Position numbers and translations under genes: made by a program. This document shows, in pieces, positions 28,013 to 41,584 of a stretch of 64,000 nt of DNA (the stretch's first letter is position 1; each line of letters opens with the position of its first letter). The DNA comes from Polyangiaceae bacterium (lineage in GTDB: Bacteria; Myxococcota_A; Polyangia; Polyangiales; Polyangiaceae). The stretch is taken from contig JBILLK010000032.1 of assembly GCA_044376115.1 (NCBI GenBank), forward strand, positions 32,001-96,000, written 5' to 3'. Under the pieces are notes generated by a model. It was not told the DNA's origin and ran no database searches. It saw only the letters and a program-made list of their open reading frames with translations.

Positions 28013-29635
28013 ATGGTCGGTTCAATGAGCACACGCTTGGGCCTGTTGTTGCTGCTGGGCGTCGCTTGTACCGAAGCAAAGACCGCAGACTCGCCGCCGA
28101 TCGCGCTCGGGCCACTCCGCGAGGTCATCAGCGTGACCGCACCGGTTGCGAGCCCAAGCTTGCAATGCCCGCCAGTTGATTCGGCGGAGCTGGAGGCTGA
28201 GGAGGCCGATGAGCAGGCGCGCGCGCGCGCGAAGGGCCCGGGGGGAAAGCTGCTCCTAAGCGAGGTTGTGTTCGTGCCTGCGCCATCGACGCGAGCTGCG
28301 CCGGTTGCCGAGTATTCGCTCGGGGAAGTTCTGGTTGGGGTTCCGGCCCCGAAGCGCCCACCGTTCGATGGCGTCGGACTCGGCTTTCGAAGCCTCGATT
28401 CGGACTGGTTCAAAGGGAAGATCGATCAGTCGCTCGAGGCGCCGCTCGCAGCCTACGAGCAGCGGGGCAAAGAGCGCATGGACGCCGCTATGCTCTCCAA
28501 CCGACTCGAGCGGCGAGCAAACGTGCTGCGCGCCTTTCCGGCGGAGCGGAGCGAGCAAGTAGCATGTGCGGAGCAGGATCTCGCGGCCGCCAAACAAGCC
28601 TTCCTCGTGACCGAGAAAGCCAGAGACCGCGCGGCGGGCGAACTCCGCACGCGGCTCGACGAACGGCGCCAGAGAAACGCGCATGAGCGACTCCTGCTCG
28701 CGTATCTGCAGCTTCAGCTCGTGCCGGGCAACGACAAAGCGGGTCGAGCCAAAACGCTGCAAGAGTTCCGTACGCTGACCAGCGACCCTTCGCTACCACC
28801 GGAGGATCGCGCGCGGGCCTGGCAAGGAGTAGCCGAGCTTTCGCACGAACCAACCGCCTTTAGCGAGGCAGCGAAGCTCACGAGTGACCCTGCCTTCCGC
28901 ATCGACATGCTGGCCAACCTGAGCGCAGTAACGCCTTTTGAACGGCGCGAACCAAAGTTGCGCGATTTGATCGCAGCCATCGACCAGAGCGCACTCGAGC
29001 AATGGCGGCTGCCCGACGCACTTTCGGCTTTGGCGGTGATTCGTCAGTTCGAGGACGATCCGAACGGCGCGCGCGACCTCGCGTTGCGCTGCGTTTCGCT
29101 CGTCGATCCGAACGACGCCGACAACGTCTATCGCACGATGTGCAGCGAGGTCTTGGCGTGGGCGCTGTTCGAACTTGGAGCGCCGGCCGGCGTCGAGGTT
29201 CCGCTCGTAACGCTTGGGCCGCTGGCGTTAGCGTTGATGGACGAAGCGATAGGTCACTTCGACCGCAAGGCGGCGCGTCACGTAGGCGAACTGTTACTCG
29301 CGCGGGCACCGCTTGCAGTCGAGACGCCCCAAATCCTCGAACGGCTCAAGACGCTGTCCGACGAGTCGCCCAAGGAGCCGCAGTTAGTCAACGAAGAGTT
29401 GGGCCTGCGAGCAAGCCTCACCGTCGAATGGTGCACGCATGAATTGCCGAGGCCCCAAAAGGTCCCCGCGCTGTCGGTTCGCGTGGATACGACTGGACCA
29501 CGCACCAAGCTCAGCGTTACGCCCAACGGAAATAAACCGTTCACCCGCTGTCTCGAGCGACAAGCCGCGCTCTTCTTCCGTGGCCTCGGTCCGAGCCGCA
29601 TCCGTTTCACGCTGACGAGCCCTCCGGAACCGTAG
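28013..29635 (+). CDS. Hypothetical lipoprotein (helical repeat-like)
   Basis: LLLLLGVAC lipobox, 540 aa. Confidence 0.7.
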   Translation: MVGSMSTRLGLLLLLGVACTEAKTADSPPIALGPLREVISVTAPVASPSLQCPPVDSAELEAEEADEQARARAKGPGGKLLLSEVVFVPAPSTRAAPVAEYSLGEVLVGVPAPKRPPFDGVGLGFRSLDSDWFKGKIDQSLEAPLAAYEQRGKERMDAAMLSNRLERRANVLRAFPAERSEQVACAEQDLAAAKQAFLVTEKARDRAAGELRTRLDERRQRNAHERLLLAYLQLQLVPGNDKAGRAKTLQEFRTLTSDPSLPPEDRARAWQGVAELSHEPTAFSEAAKLTSDPAFRIDMLANLSAVTPFERREPKLRDLIAAIDQSALEQWRLPDALSALAVIRQFEDDPNGARDLALRCVSLVDPNDADNVYRTMCSEVLAWALFELGAPAGVEVPLVTLGPLALALMDEAIGHFDRKAARHVGELLLARAPLAVETPQILERLKTLSDESPKEPQLVNEELGLRASLTVEWCTHELPRPQKVPALSVRVDTTGPRTKLSVTPNGNKPFTRCLERQAALFFRGLGPSRIRFTLTSPPEP

Positions 29636-29693
29636 CGGCGCAGCTCTCATGACGCTGTCGCCGACCGCCAGCAGCAGTTAGGTTCAGAGCGGG

Positions 29694-33544
<3,851 letters not shown>

Positions 33545-33549
33545 CGCCG

Positions 33550-34392
33550 ATGCCGGTTCTACTTCCGAGCGAGCATCCGGCGAGTAACTTGCGCGGCAGC
33601 GTGGAGCCTGGAGCGGCTCGCGCGCTGCGCGTTGGCATCATCAACATCATGCCGCAGCTCGAAGCGTACGAGCCCATGCTGCTGCGCTGGTTCGCCGATA
33701 CTGCAGAATTCGTGGAGCCGGTGTTCATCCGACTGGAGACGCACGGCTACGCCAGCAGCGACGCCGAGCACCTGCAGCGTTTCTATTGCTCGTACCGGCA
33801 AGCGGGTGCGCTCGACGGGCTCATTCTAACCGGCGCGCCGGTGGAGGAACTGCTCTTCGAGCAGGTTCGCTACTGGGATGAGCTCACGTTGATCTTGCGC
33901 CGCGCTGTGCGTGAGGTGCGCAGTACCTTGGGGTTGTGCTGGGGCGGCATGGCCATCGCCGCCCAGCTCGGCGTGCCGAAGGTTCTGCTTCGCAACAAGC
34001 TCTTTGGCTCCTTTCGTTATGAGGTCTTGGAGGGGAACCTCGTTCTGCCACGCGACGCTGTAGGCACAGGGCTATGCGCGCAAAGTCGACACGCCGGCGT
34101 CGATGAGAGCGCGGTGGAGCTCGCAGCAGCAGCCGGCCAGCTGCTTCCTCTCGCGTGGTCCGCCGAGACCGGCTACACCGTGCTTGCAAGCCCGGACTAT
34201 CGCTTGCTCGCGCACCTAGGCCATCCGGAGTACGAGGCGGCTCGGCTCGTCTTCGAGTACCAGCGGGATCTCAGCCTCGGCCGTGAAGACGTACCACCCC
34301 CTCGAGAGGTTGAGGTCGCTGCTCCGCGAACGACGTGGAAACAGGACAGCGATCTCTTTTTTGGCAACTGGCTCCGCCTGCTGCGATCGTGA
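33550..34392 (+). CDS. metA: MetA-family homoserine O-acyltransferase (probably acetyltransferase)
   Basis: IINIMP, DGLILTGAPVEEL, CWGG nucleophile, QSRH, GHPEY. Confidence 0.9.
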   Translation: MPVLLPSEHPASNLRGSVEPGAARALRVGIINIMPQLEAYEPMLLRWFADTAEFVEPVFIRLETHGYASSDAEHLQRFYCSYRQAGALDGLILTGAPVEELLFEQVRYWDELTLILRRAVREVRSTLGLCWGGMAIAAQLGVPKVLLRNKLFGSFRYEVLEGNLVLPRDAVGTGLCAQSRHAGVDESAVELAAAAGQLLPLAWSAETGYTVLASPDYRLLAHLGHPEYEAARLVFEYQRDLSLGREDVPPPREVEVAAPRTTWKQDSDLFFGNWLRLLRS

Positions 34393-34445
34393 CAACGTAG
34401 CCGGCGCCGGGAAGGTTCCCCATCGCCCTCCGTTTCTGCAACGCG

Positions 34446-34919
34446 ATGAAGCGCACCGCCTCCTTCTGGTTTGCAGCCCTCGGCCTGCTTTTGCCCCTCG
34501 CGACCGCCTGCTCCAAGCATGACTGCAAGCTCGACGAGCAGCACGAGAAGTACTTCGGCGAGCTCGCGCTAACGACCAAAGGCGCGAATATGTGCTTCAC
34601 CGGCGAGGAGCCCTCAGGCTGCAAGATCGAAAACGGTCGTTGCTCACCGACTTTGTTCGCCTGGCACTACGAGCTCGAGCAGAAGGACGTCGAGCAACGC
34701 TACAAGGCCGCGATCGAAGGGCATGGCTGGAAGTACGTCGGAGAGAAGCCCGCCGACGACGGCAGCAAGGCGCTGGCGTTCAGCAAAGGCGACCGCGATG
34801 AGTTACTCGTCGGGCTCGGCGGTATCCCTGGCAACGACAAGGGCACTGAGGTTTTCATGCTGCGCAAGCCGGAGGGCGCAACGGGCAGCATGCTCGACAA
34901 GTACAAGCCGGCGCCTTGA
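34446..34919 (+). CDS. Hypothetical lipoprotein
   Basis: Lipobox ATAC. Confidence 0.75.
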   Translation: MKRTASFWFAALGLLLPLATACSKHDCKLDEQHEKYFGELALTTKGANMCFTGEEPSGCKIENGRCSPTLFAWHYELEQKDVEQRYKAAIEGHGWKYVGEKPADDGSKALAFSKGDRDELLVGLGGIPGNDKGTEVFMLRKPEGATGSMLDKYKPAP

Positions 34920-34982
34920 GCCCCAGCATGGCGGCCGGCAAACGGGCGCCCTCGCAATAAGCCTCGGCCAAGCCTGCCCACT

Positions 34983-35933
34983 TCACAGCGGCACGCAGCG
35001 CGCGAGATGAACGGCGAAGTCGCCGGCCGAGTCGACGAACGTCTCCGCTCGCTCGAAGCCAGCATCTCGCAGCAGCCGTTCGACACGCTCGAGATCGTAC
35101 TTCGCCGAAATCTCAACCAGAACACGCTCTCCAGCCGTGAAAGACACAGTGCGGTTGGCCCGACCGATCGCTACGGTCTGAGCCTGCGTGGACTCGATGT
35201 AGATTTCGATGTCGCTCGCCTGCGCGTTCCAACACGCGACGTGGCGAAAGTGCTCCAGGTTGAAGTCTGCGTCCAACTCGCGGTTGAGCCGAGTCAGGAT
35301 GTTGAGCGTGAACTGAGCGGTAACTCCGGCTGCATCGTCGTAGGCCGCCAGGAGCCGCTCCGGCTGCTTCTTGAGGTCGGTGCCGAGCAACAAGCCGCCG
35401 TCGTCGCGCAACCGCACGCGCAGCGCACGCAGCATCGCCGTCGCTTGTTCATCCGAGAGGTTGCCGATCGAGCTACCGATGAACAGCACCAACTGCCTCC
35501 CAGCGAGCATCGCGATCTCGGCACCTGCAGCTTCGTGCGTGCCCACGAACCCGCGCACCTCGCTTTGCGGAAAGGCCTCCCGCAGACGAGCTACTCCCAG
35601 TTCGAGCGCCCCTCGTTCGATATCGCAAGCGAGGTGCACAAAGTTCCCGTGGGCGCGAACCACGGCGCGCAGGAACAGCTCGGTCTTCTCCGAAGACCCC
35701 GCGCCGAGCTCAACGATCGAAACCTCGCTCGCCCCCGCTAACGCTCGCTCAACGATCCGCTCGCCTTGCTGCTCGAAGATCTCGGCTTCGGCTCGCGTGA
35801 GGTAGTACTCCGGCAGACCGGTGATTCGCGTGTAGATTTGCGATCCGGCGTCGTCGTACAGCAACCAGGTTGGCAACGTCTTCGGGTGATTGAACAGGCC
35901 ATCGACGGCTGAAGGCTGCATTTGCTGGGTCAT
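34983..35933 (-). CDS. egtD: L-histidine N-alpha-trimethyltransferase
   Basis: KTLPTWLLYD..ITGLPEYYLTRAE, ELGAGSSEKT, FIGSSIGN, AYDDAAGVTA, EISAKY. Confidence 0.93.
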   Translation of the reverse strand: MTQQMQPSAVDGLFNHPKTLPTWLLYDDAGSQIYTRITGLPEYYLTRAEAEIFEQQGERIVERALAGASEVSIVELGAGSSEKTELFLRAVVRAHGNFVHLACDIERGALELGVARLREAFPQSEVRGFVGTHEAAGAEIAMLAGRQLVLFIGSSIGNLSDEQATAMLRALRVRLRDDGGLLLGTDLKKQPERLLAAYDDAAGVTAQFTLNILTRLNRELDADFNLEHFRHVACWNAQASDIEIYIESTQAQTVAIGRANRTVSFTAGERVLVEISAKYDLERVERLLRDAGFERAETFVDSAGDFAVHLARCVPL

Positions 35934-35988
35934 ATCGCGCTCCGTTCCAGCTTCTATGTTGGCTGCTGGCTTAGCCGCTCACTGCGGG

Positions 35989-37257
35989 TCAGGACCTCTT
36001 GGGACACCGTGCTATTCGCACCCCGGTCATCTGAAAGCGTGTATCGGGCGGCCAGAAGTTGCGATAGCTCGCTCGCACGTGACCGCGAGGCGTGAAGCAG
36101 GAGCCTCCCCGAAGCACGAACTGCTGCGCCATGAACTTGCCGTTGTACTCGCCAACGGCACCGGCCGCCGACTCGAAGCCTGGATAGGGTGCATAGGCGG
36201 AGCGAGTCCACTCCCAAACATCACCAAACAGCTGCACCAGCCCAGTGGCCTCGCTCGCGGTTGGCGTGAGTGGTCCGTCGGCGAAGTTGCCAACGTGTTC
36301 ATCGGCGAAGGAGGCTGCGTGCTCCCACTCCATTTCCGTCGGCAGTCGACCACCAAGAAAGCGCGCGAGCGCCTCCGCCTCCCAGAAGTCTAAGAAGCGC
36401 GCCGGTTCGTGCTCCTGCGGCTCTTCCCAGCCGGAGAGCCCAAACACGCGCAGCGTGCCGTCCCGCAGCTCCGTGTACGCGGGCGCAGTCAGCTTGCGGT
36501 TGCGCACCTGCGCAAAGCCCTCGGATAGCCAAAGGCTGGGCGTCGAATAGCCTCCCTCTTGGATGAAGGCCCGCAGCTCGCCCACCGTCGCTGGCGTGTG
36601 GGCCAGCTCGAACGGCTCGAGGAAGACGCGATGGCGTGGACGTTCGTTGTCGAAGGCGAAGCCGTCAGGGCCAGCACCAATCTCCACGAGCCCGCCTTCG
36701 AACGTGTGGAAGCCGCGCGCTTGCGGAGCTGGCACTGCGCGATCGCGACGAGCCCGATAGACCGGCTTGATCGGACTCTGCGCAAAGGCGTGAAGGATGT
36801 CGGTCAGGAGCAACTCCTGGTGTTGCTGCTCATGCGCGAGCCCGAGCTGAATCAGCGGACTGAGCCGCTCGAACGCCGCGCTGTCGAGCGTCGCAATCAG
36901 CTTCCGCATCGCAGCATCAACTGCCGCGCGATAGCTCGTGACCTCCTCCGCCGACGGTCGTGAAACCAGCCCGCGTTCGGCGCGAATGGGCTGAGCGCCC
37001 ACCCCCTCGTAGTAGGAGTTGTAGAGGAAGCGAAACCGTTCATCGAACGGGGCTACGCCGGCAGCGTCGAGAATGAAGGTCTCGAAGAACCAGGTCGTAT
37101 GCGCGCGATGCCACTTGGTAGGGCTCGTCGAGGCCATCGACTGCAGCTGCTGGTCCTCGGCCGAAAGATCGGCGGCAAACGCTTCCGTCGCGTCGCGAAC
37201 CTGCTGATAGGCGGAGAGAAGGTCTTCGCGGGAAAGCGTTGCCTCGTTGTCAGCCAT
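35989..37257 (-). CDS. egtB: Ergothioneine biosynthesis sulfoxide synthase (type II-like)
   Basis: SPTKWHRAHTTWFFE, NSYY, HEQQHQE, FDNERP, GDVWEW, EYNGKFM, RASYRNF. Confidence 0.94.
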   Translation of the reverse strand: MADNEATLSREDLLSAYQQVRDATEAFAADLSAEDQQLQSMASTSPTKWHRAHTTWFFETFILDAAGVAPFDERFRFLYNSYYEGVGAQPIRAERGLVSRPSAEEVTSYRAAVDAAMRKLIATLDSAAFERLSPLIQLGLAHEQQHQELLLTDILHAFAQSPIKPVYRARRDRAVPAPQARGFHTFEGGLVEIGAGPDGFAFDNERPRHRVFLEPFELAHTPATVGELRAFIQEGGYSTPSLWLSEGFAQVRNRKLTAPAYTELRDGTLRVFGLSGWEEPQEHEPARFLDFWEAEALARFLGGRLPTEMEWEHAASFADEHVGNFADGPLTPTASEATGLVQLFGDVWEWTRSAYAPYPGFESAAGAVGEYNGKFMAQQFVLRGGSCFTPRGHVRASYRNFWPPDTRFQMTGVRIARCPKRS

Positions 37258-37266
37258 GACTCTCGC

Positions 37267-38757
37267 TCAGCCTCGTCTCTCGCTCGGAACGATCAGTCGC
37301 TCGATGAGTTCAAACAGGCCTTGAACGGCCAGGGCGAGCAGTGCAGAAGGAACCGCGCCCTCGAGGATCAGCGACGTACGGTCGAGCCGTACGCCCGTGA
37401 GGATCGCCTGTCCATAGCCGCCTGCGCCGATGAGCGCTCCCAGCGTCGCCGTTCCAACCGCGATCACCGCGGAGGTTTGAACGCCGGAGAGGATCGAAGG
37501 CAGGGCGAGCGGAAGCTCCACCCGTCGCAATCGCGAAAGAGGCGTCATGCCCAAGGCGAGCGCCGACTCCCGCATCGCGATCGGAATGGACGTGAGGCCA
37601 ACGAAGGTCGAGCGGACGATGGGCAAGAGGCCATACAGTACCAGCGCCGCAATGGCCGTCTGCTTACCGAGCCCAAAGACGGGGATCAGCACGACCAGCA
37701 GCGCAAGCGAAGGGACCGTTTGCAAAACGCCGGCGAGGCCCAGAATCACGCGACCGAAGCGCGGCAATTTTGCAGCCGCGATGCCGCTCGGCAAGGCAAT
37801 CAAGAGCGAGAGCGCAAGGGCGATCCCGACGAGCGCGAGGTGCTCCTTCGTTGCCCGCCAAACGCGCGACCAGACGCTGTCTTCAACGGCTTCGGTCTTG
37901 AGCGCGAACTGCTCAGTCAGGAAGCGCGCTGCAACCGCGCCCTCGGCTTGGCCCTCCAACTTCACCGCTGCGTTCATGCGAATCATCGACGGTTCGCTGA
38001 TCGCGCCCTCGAGGCGTCGTAACGCGCTGACTGCGGTTGGCACGCGCTGCTCGAGCTCGAGCCGATAGAGGATGACGGCCTGGTAAGCCGGAAAATGCTG
38101 CTTGTCGTCCGCCAGCACGGCCAGATCGTAGAAGGCGATCTCAGCGTCGGTCGTGTACAGATCGATCACGTCGGCGTCCCCCGCTTCGAGGCCGCGATAC
38201 GCCAAGTCGTGATCGAGACCGCGCACGTTCTTGTGGGGGAGGCCGTAGCGTTCACGTAGGCCGGGCCAGCCATCCTTGCGGTCCATGAACTCGTTACCGA
38301 AGCGGAGCGCGAGCGTCGGGTGCTGCGTGAGCTGCGAGGTCTCACGGATGCCGAGTTCCTCACTTCGCGAGCGCCGCATGCCCAAGGCGTAGGTGTTGTT
38401 GAACCCGAGCGGCTGGGTCACGCCGATCCCAAAGCGAACCAGCTCGTCGGCGAGTTCGCTCGACTTGGCCTCGCTCCCAGCGAGGATCTCCTGACGGATC
38501 GTCCCTGTGTACTCAGGGTAGGCGTCGATCTCGCCGCTCAGCAGCGCCGACCACAAGATGCGTGTTCCGCCCAGCTCGCGGCGATGCTCCACCTCGAGAC
38601 CCGCGTCTTTGAGTAGGTGGGTCATCATCTCGCCGAGGATCACCGACTCGGTGAACGCCTTGGAGCCGACGCGAACGGGCGCGGCCTCCGCCGTCCCGGC
38701 GACGCTCATTGCTAGCACCCCGATCGAGAGCACCACGCTTGCACACCAACGCTTCAC
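37267..38757 (-). CDS. Betaine-family ABC transporter, substrate-binding protein fused to permease
   Basis: VGSKAFTES, YPEYTGT, GFNNTYAL, RKDGWPGL, QTVPSLALL, ESALALGMT. Confidence 0.92.
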   Translation of the reverse strand: MKRWCASVVLSIGVLAMSVAGTAEAAPVRVGSKAFTESVILGEMMTHLLKDAGLEVEHRRELGGTRILWSALLSGEIDAYPEYTGTIRQEILAGSEAKSSELADELVRFGIGVTQPLGFNNTYALGMRRSRSEELGIRETSQLTQHPTLALRFGNEFMDRKDGWPGLRERYGLPHKNVRGLDHDLAYRGLEAGDADVIDLYTTDAEIAFYDLAVLADDKQHFPAYQAVILYRLELEQRVPTAVSALRRLEGAISEPSMIRMNAAVKLEGQAEGAVAARFLTEQFALKTEAVEDSVWSRVWRATKEHLALVGIALALSLLIALPSGIAAAKLPRFGRVILGLAGVLQTVPSLALLVVLIPVFGLGKQTAIAALVLYGLLPIVRSTFVGLTSIPIAMRESALALGMTPLSRLRRVELPLALPSILSGVQTSAVIAVGTATLGALIGAGGYGQAILTGVRLDRTSLILEGAVPSALLALAVQGLFELIERLIVPSERRG

Positions 38758-39509
38758 GACCTTGCTCCACGAGGGCGAAGCTCACGGTGCGATCCGAGCA
38801 GGCGCACGACGAACGGGTCGGACTGCTCGGCCAGCAGTTCATCCGGGCTACCGCTCCATGCGACCTTTCCGGCATTCAGCACCACGATGCGGTCAGCAAA
38901 GTGCACGGCCTCCGCCAGGTCATGCGTCACGAGCAGGACGGTGGCTCCCACCGTCTTGAACACCTCACGCAGCTCATCCTGAAGTTCAACCCGCACGATC
39001 GGGTCGAGCGCACCGAGCGGCTCATCGAGTAGAACCACCTCGGGCTCGAGCATCAGCGCACGCATCAGGCTGACGCGCTGACGTTGTCCGCCGGAGAGCC
39101 CACTCGGCGGACGCGCGAGGAGTTCATTCGGCAAGCGGACCAATTGCGCGAGCGTCTTGACTCGCTCATCCATTCGCGCGGGCGACCAGCCGAGCACCTC
39201 GGCCATCAGCGTCACGTTCTTGCGAGCCGAAAGATGGGGGAACAGCCCACCTTCTTGAATCACGTAACCCATGCGTCGCCGCAGCGTAGTGACCGTCTCC
39301 GAAGTTAGCCGCTCCCCGCCGCAGAGTATTTCGCCGGAGTCGGGTTGCACGAGCCCGTTGACCAAGCGCAGCAGCGTCGACTTTCCGCAACCGCTCGGCC
39401 CGACGAGCACCGTCGTTGTCGCCGGAGGAACCTCAAGGTCGACAGCATCCAACACCAACTGGCTTTGAAACCGTTTGGACGCGCGTCGAATCTCGATGCC
39501 GCTCGTCAC
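38754..39509 (-). CDS. ABC transporter ATP-binding protein (OpuA/ProV-like)
   Basis: GPSGCGKST, GYVIQEGGLFPH, LSGGQRQR, LLDEP, VTHD; start GTG 39509 (alternative 39605). Confidence 0.92.
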   Translation of the reverse strand: MTSGIEIRRASKRFQSQLVLDAVDLEVPPATTTVLVGPSGCGKSTLLRLVNGLVQPDSGEILCGGERLTSETVTTLRRRMGYVIQEGGLFPHLSARKNVTLMAEVLGWSPARMDERVKTLAQLVRLPNELLARPPSGLSGGQRQRVSLMRALMLEPEVVLLDEPLGALDPIVRVELQDELREVFKTVGATVLLVTHDLAEAVHFADRIVVLNAGKVAWSGSPDELLAEQSDPFVVRLLGSHRELRPRGARS

Positions 39510-39654
39510 CGTGAGTACTTCTCGTTGTTCATACTCGGGACGACCAGTTGATTGCCTCGGGCGGAGCGCTGCAACGTAACGACAAGACGGCTCCGACTCA
39601 ATCATCGCGAGGGCGTCCAGTCACTCCTCCCGACGAAAATGATAGGTAGCGTCG

Positions 39655-41529
39655 ATGGCCAATCCGGAGAACCAGGTCGAGTGGACCGGCCTTGCAGAGG
39701 CCTTCGACAGCATCGTTCAGGCGCGGAAAGCAGGCGATTGGGCGAGCGCTGGTCTTCATGCAAGAGTCACCATCGAGCCGCTTCGGCGGCGGCTCGAGGT
39801 GCAACCAGCGATCGTGGCGCGGGCGCTCGCGGTCGTCGCGGATACGCTGCGCGCTGGGGCAGACGGTCAATTCGCCACCGCCAGCGCGGAAGTACTGACG
39901 CTTTATCTCGAGAGCTTCACGACGCGAGCGACGGAGGCGGTGGATGAGGAGGTCTCGACTACGGCGCTCAAGGCCGCGCATTGCGCATTTGTTTTAGACG
40001 ATGAAGGAGCCTTGGAGCTGGCGTTGGGCTGCGCGGCGCAGGGTCCTGGCTACGCAGCCTCGATCGCACGCCATGCTCGCAGTGTGCGACTTGCGCAGCG
40101 CGGGGAGTACGAGCAGGCGCTCGAGGCGCTGGGGCCTGCCTTCGATTGGGACGCCCCTCGCCTACGTGGAGCGCTGTTGTTCGCGCTCGCTCGTTATGCG
40201 GAGGCCGCAGAGGCGTGGTTGAGTCCGCAGGTGGCCGGCTTCGAGCGGGCGGAGCTCGAACTCGCTGCGGCCTGGGCATGGCACCGCGCGGGCAATGAGA
40301 AGCGCGCAAAGAAGCTCCTCGCCGGGATGCGCACACGCGGGCGACGCGCTTGGTACGTCTCCGAAGAAGTCGAGGCAAAGCTCGTTCTGCTCGAGCAAAG
40401 CTTCGAGCCGCGTGGACCGATCGATGCCGTTTGGGGACCTGCACCTGCGCCGGAAACGGAGTCGTTTGACCTGCGCGTCTACAACACGCCCTCGCTCGCT
40501 AACTTGCTCGAGTCCGCGGCGGAGCTGCGACAGCTCGCCGAGGGGACGTCCGAGGCTTGGATCGAGCGCGCGCGACGTTTCGCGAACGAGTTGCGCTCGA
40601 GCGGGGAAGAGCACCAGCGTGCAGCCTACGATCCGTTGCTGCGAAAAATCTTGTCGGCGGTGGAGCAACGGCACGGAGCCGCAAGTGTCGAAGCGACGGA
40701 GATTGTGCTGTTGCTCTTTTACGGCAGCCTGCGGATGCCAGCCCCAGACCGTGTCGCCCTCGCCCGTCGCTTCCTCGACGTGCTCGCACAGCGCCCGCCG
40801 ACAGCCGAGGAAGTTTCGTCGGTGGCCTATGTGGCGGAGCGGCTGGTCGACGAGCTTTCGCAGAGCGCCCCGCTCGAGGCCGGTCAACTCGCAGAGCGCT
40901 GGTCCGCCTATTGTGACGAGCAGCAACGGCCAGCGAGCAAGCTGCATCATTTGGCAGCCATGTTGGCGCGCAAGGCGGGCGACAACTCCAAGTCGCTGAC
41001 GCAGCTCGAACGAGCCATCGCGACCTTTGGTCCAGACGACTACGACACGCTCTCCCGCAGCTTTGCGTATCGCTGCGACCTGGCGGAGGTCGCGCGCGCG
41101 GCCGGGCCTCCGCGGCTCGAGCTCGAGCGCGCACTCGCAGAAGAACGCAACCAACTTGCAGAGCAGTGGCGCGCCGGCTTGCGCAAGACGGCCAAGGCGC
41201 ATGCGGTCGTCGATCTGCTCGCACCGTCGCTTTCGCCCGGCGAAATGGGCGCCATTCGCTTTTCGGCGCCCTTCGACTTGCTCGAGCAGGTCGGCCAGAA
41301 GCTCGGGCGCCGCTTCCTCGCGAGCCGCGTCAACGCCCGACCTGCGCACTCGGTGTTGCTCGAGGCGTGCCGTCCGCATCGAGCCCAAACGACCTTCTTC
41401 GGATCGGCCTGGAGCTTGGAGATCGATACGCTGACCACCGCGGATACGCCCGAGACGCGCGCGGCGCTTGCGAGCGCCGACGAGCTCACCGGCCTCCACG
41501 ACGGGCTGCTTTACGCCTGGTGGGACTGA
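39655..41529 (+). CDS. Hypothetical protein with TPR-like helices
   Basis: 624-aa Ala/Leu-rich ORF. Confidence 0.68.
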   Translation: MANPENQVEWTGLAEAFDSIVQARKAGDWASAGLHARVTIEPLRRRLEVQPAIVARALAVVADTLRAGADGQFATASAEVLTLYLESFTTRATEAVDEEVSTTALKAAHCAFVLDDEGALELALGCAAQGPGYAASIARHARSVRLAQRGEYEQALEALGPAFDWDAPRLRGALLFALARYAEAAEAWLSPQVAGFERAELELAAAWAWHRAGNEKRAKKLLAGMRTRGRRAWYVSEEVEAKLVLLEQSFEPRGPIDAVWGPAPAPETESFDLRVYNTPSLANLLESAAELRQLAEGTSEAWIERARRFANELRSSGEEHQRAAYDPLLRKILSAVEQRHGAASVEATEIVLLLFYGSLRMPAPDRVALARRFLDVLAQRPPTAEEVSSVAYVAERLVDELSQSAPLEAGQLAERWSAYCDEQQRPASKLHHLAAMLARKAGDNSKSLTQLERAIATFGPDDYDTLSRSFAYRCDLAEVARAAGPPRLELERALAEERNQLAEQWRAGLRKTAKAHAVVDLLAPSLSPGEMGAIRFSAPFDLLEQVGQKLGRRFLASRVNARPAHSVLLEACRPHRAQTTFFGSAWSLEIDTLTTADTPETRAALASADELTGLHDGLLYAWWD

Positions 41530-41584
41530 ACAGTCGGTGACTCTTCGCTGGTGCAAAGTCGGCGGCCGTGCGAAAACCTCGTCA

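Noticed and set aside
35989..37257. SenA (selenoneine) or OvoA instead of EgtB
   Set aside because: No senB/selD neighbours, no C-terminal methyltransferase; egtD is adjacent
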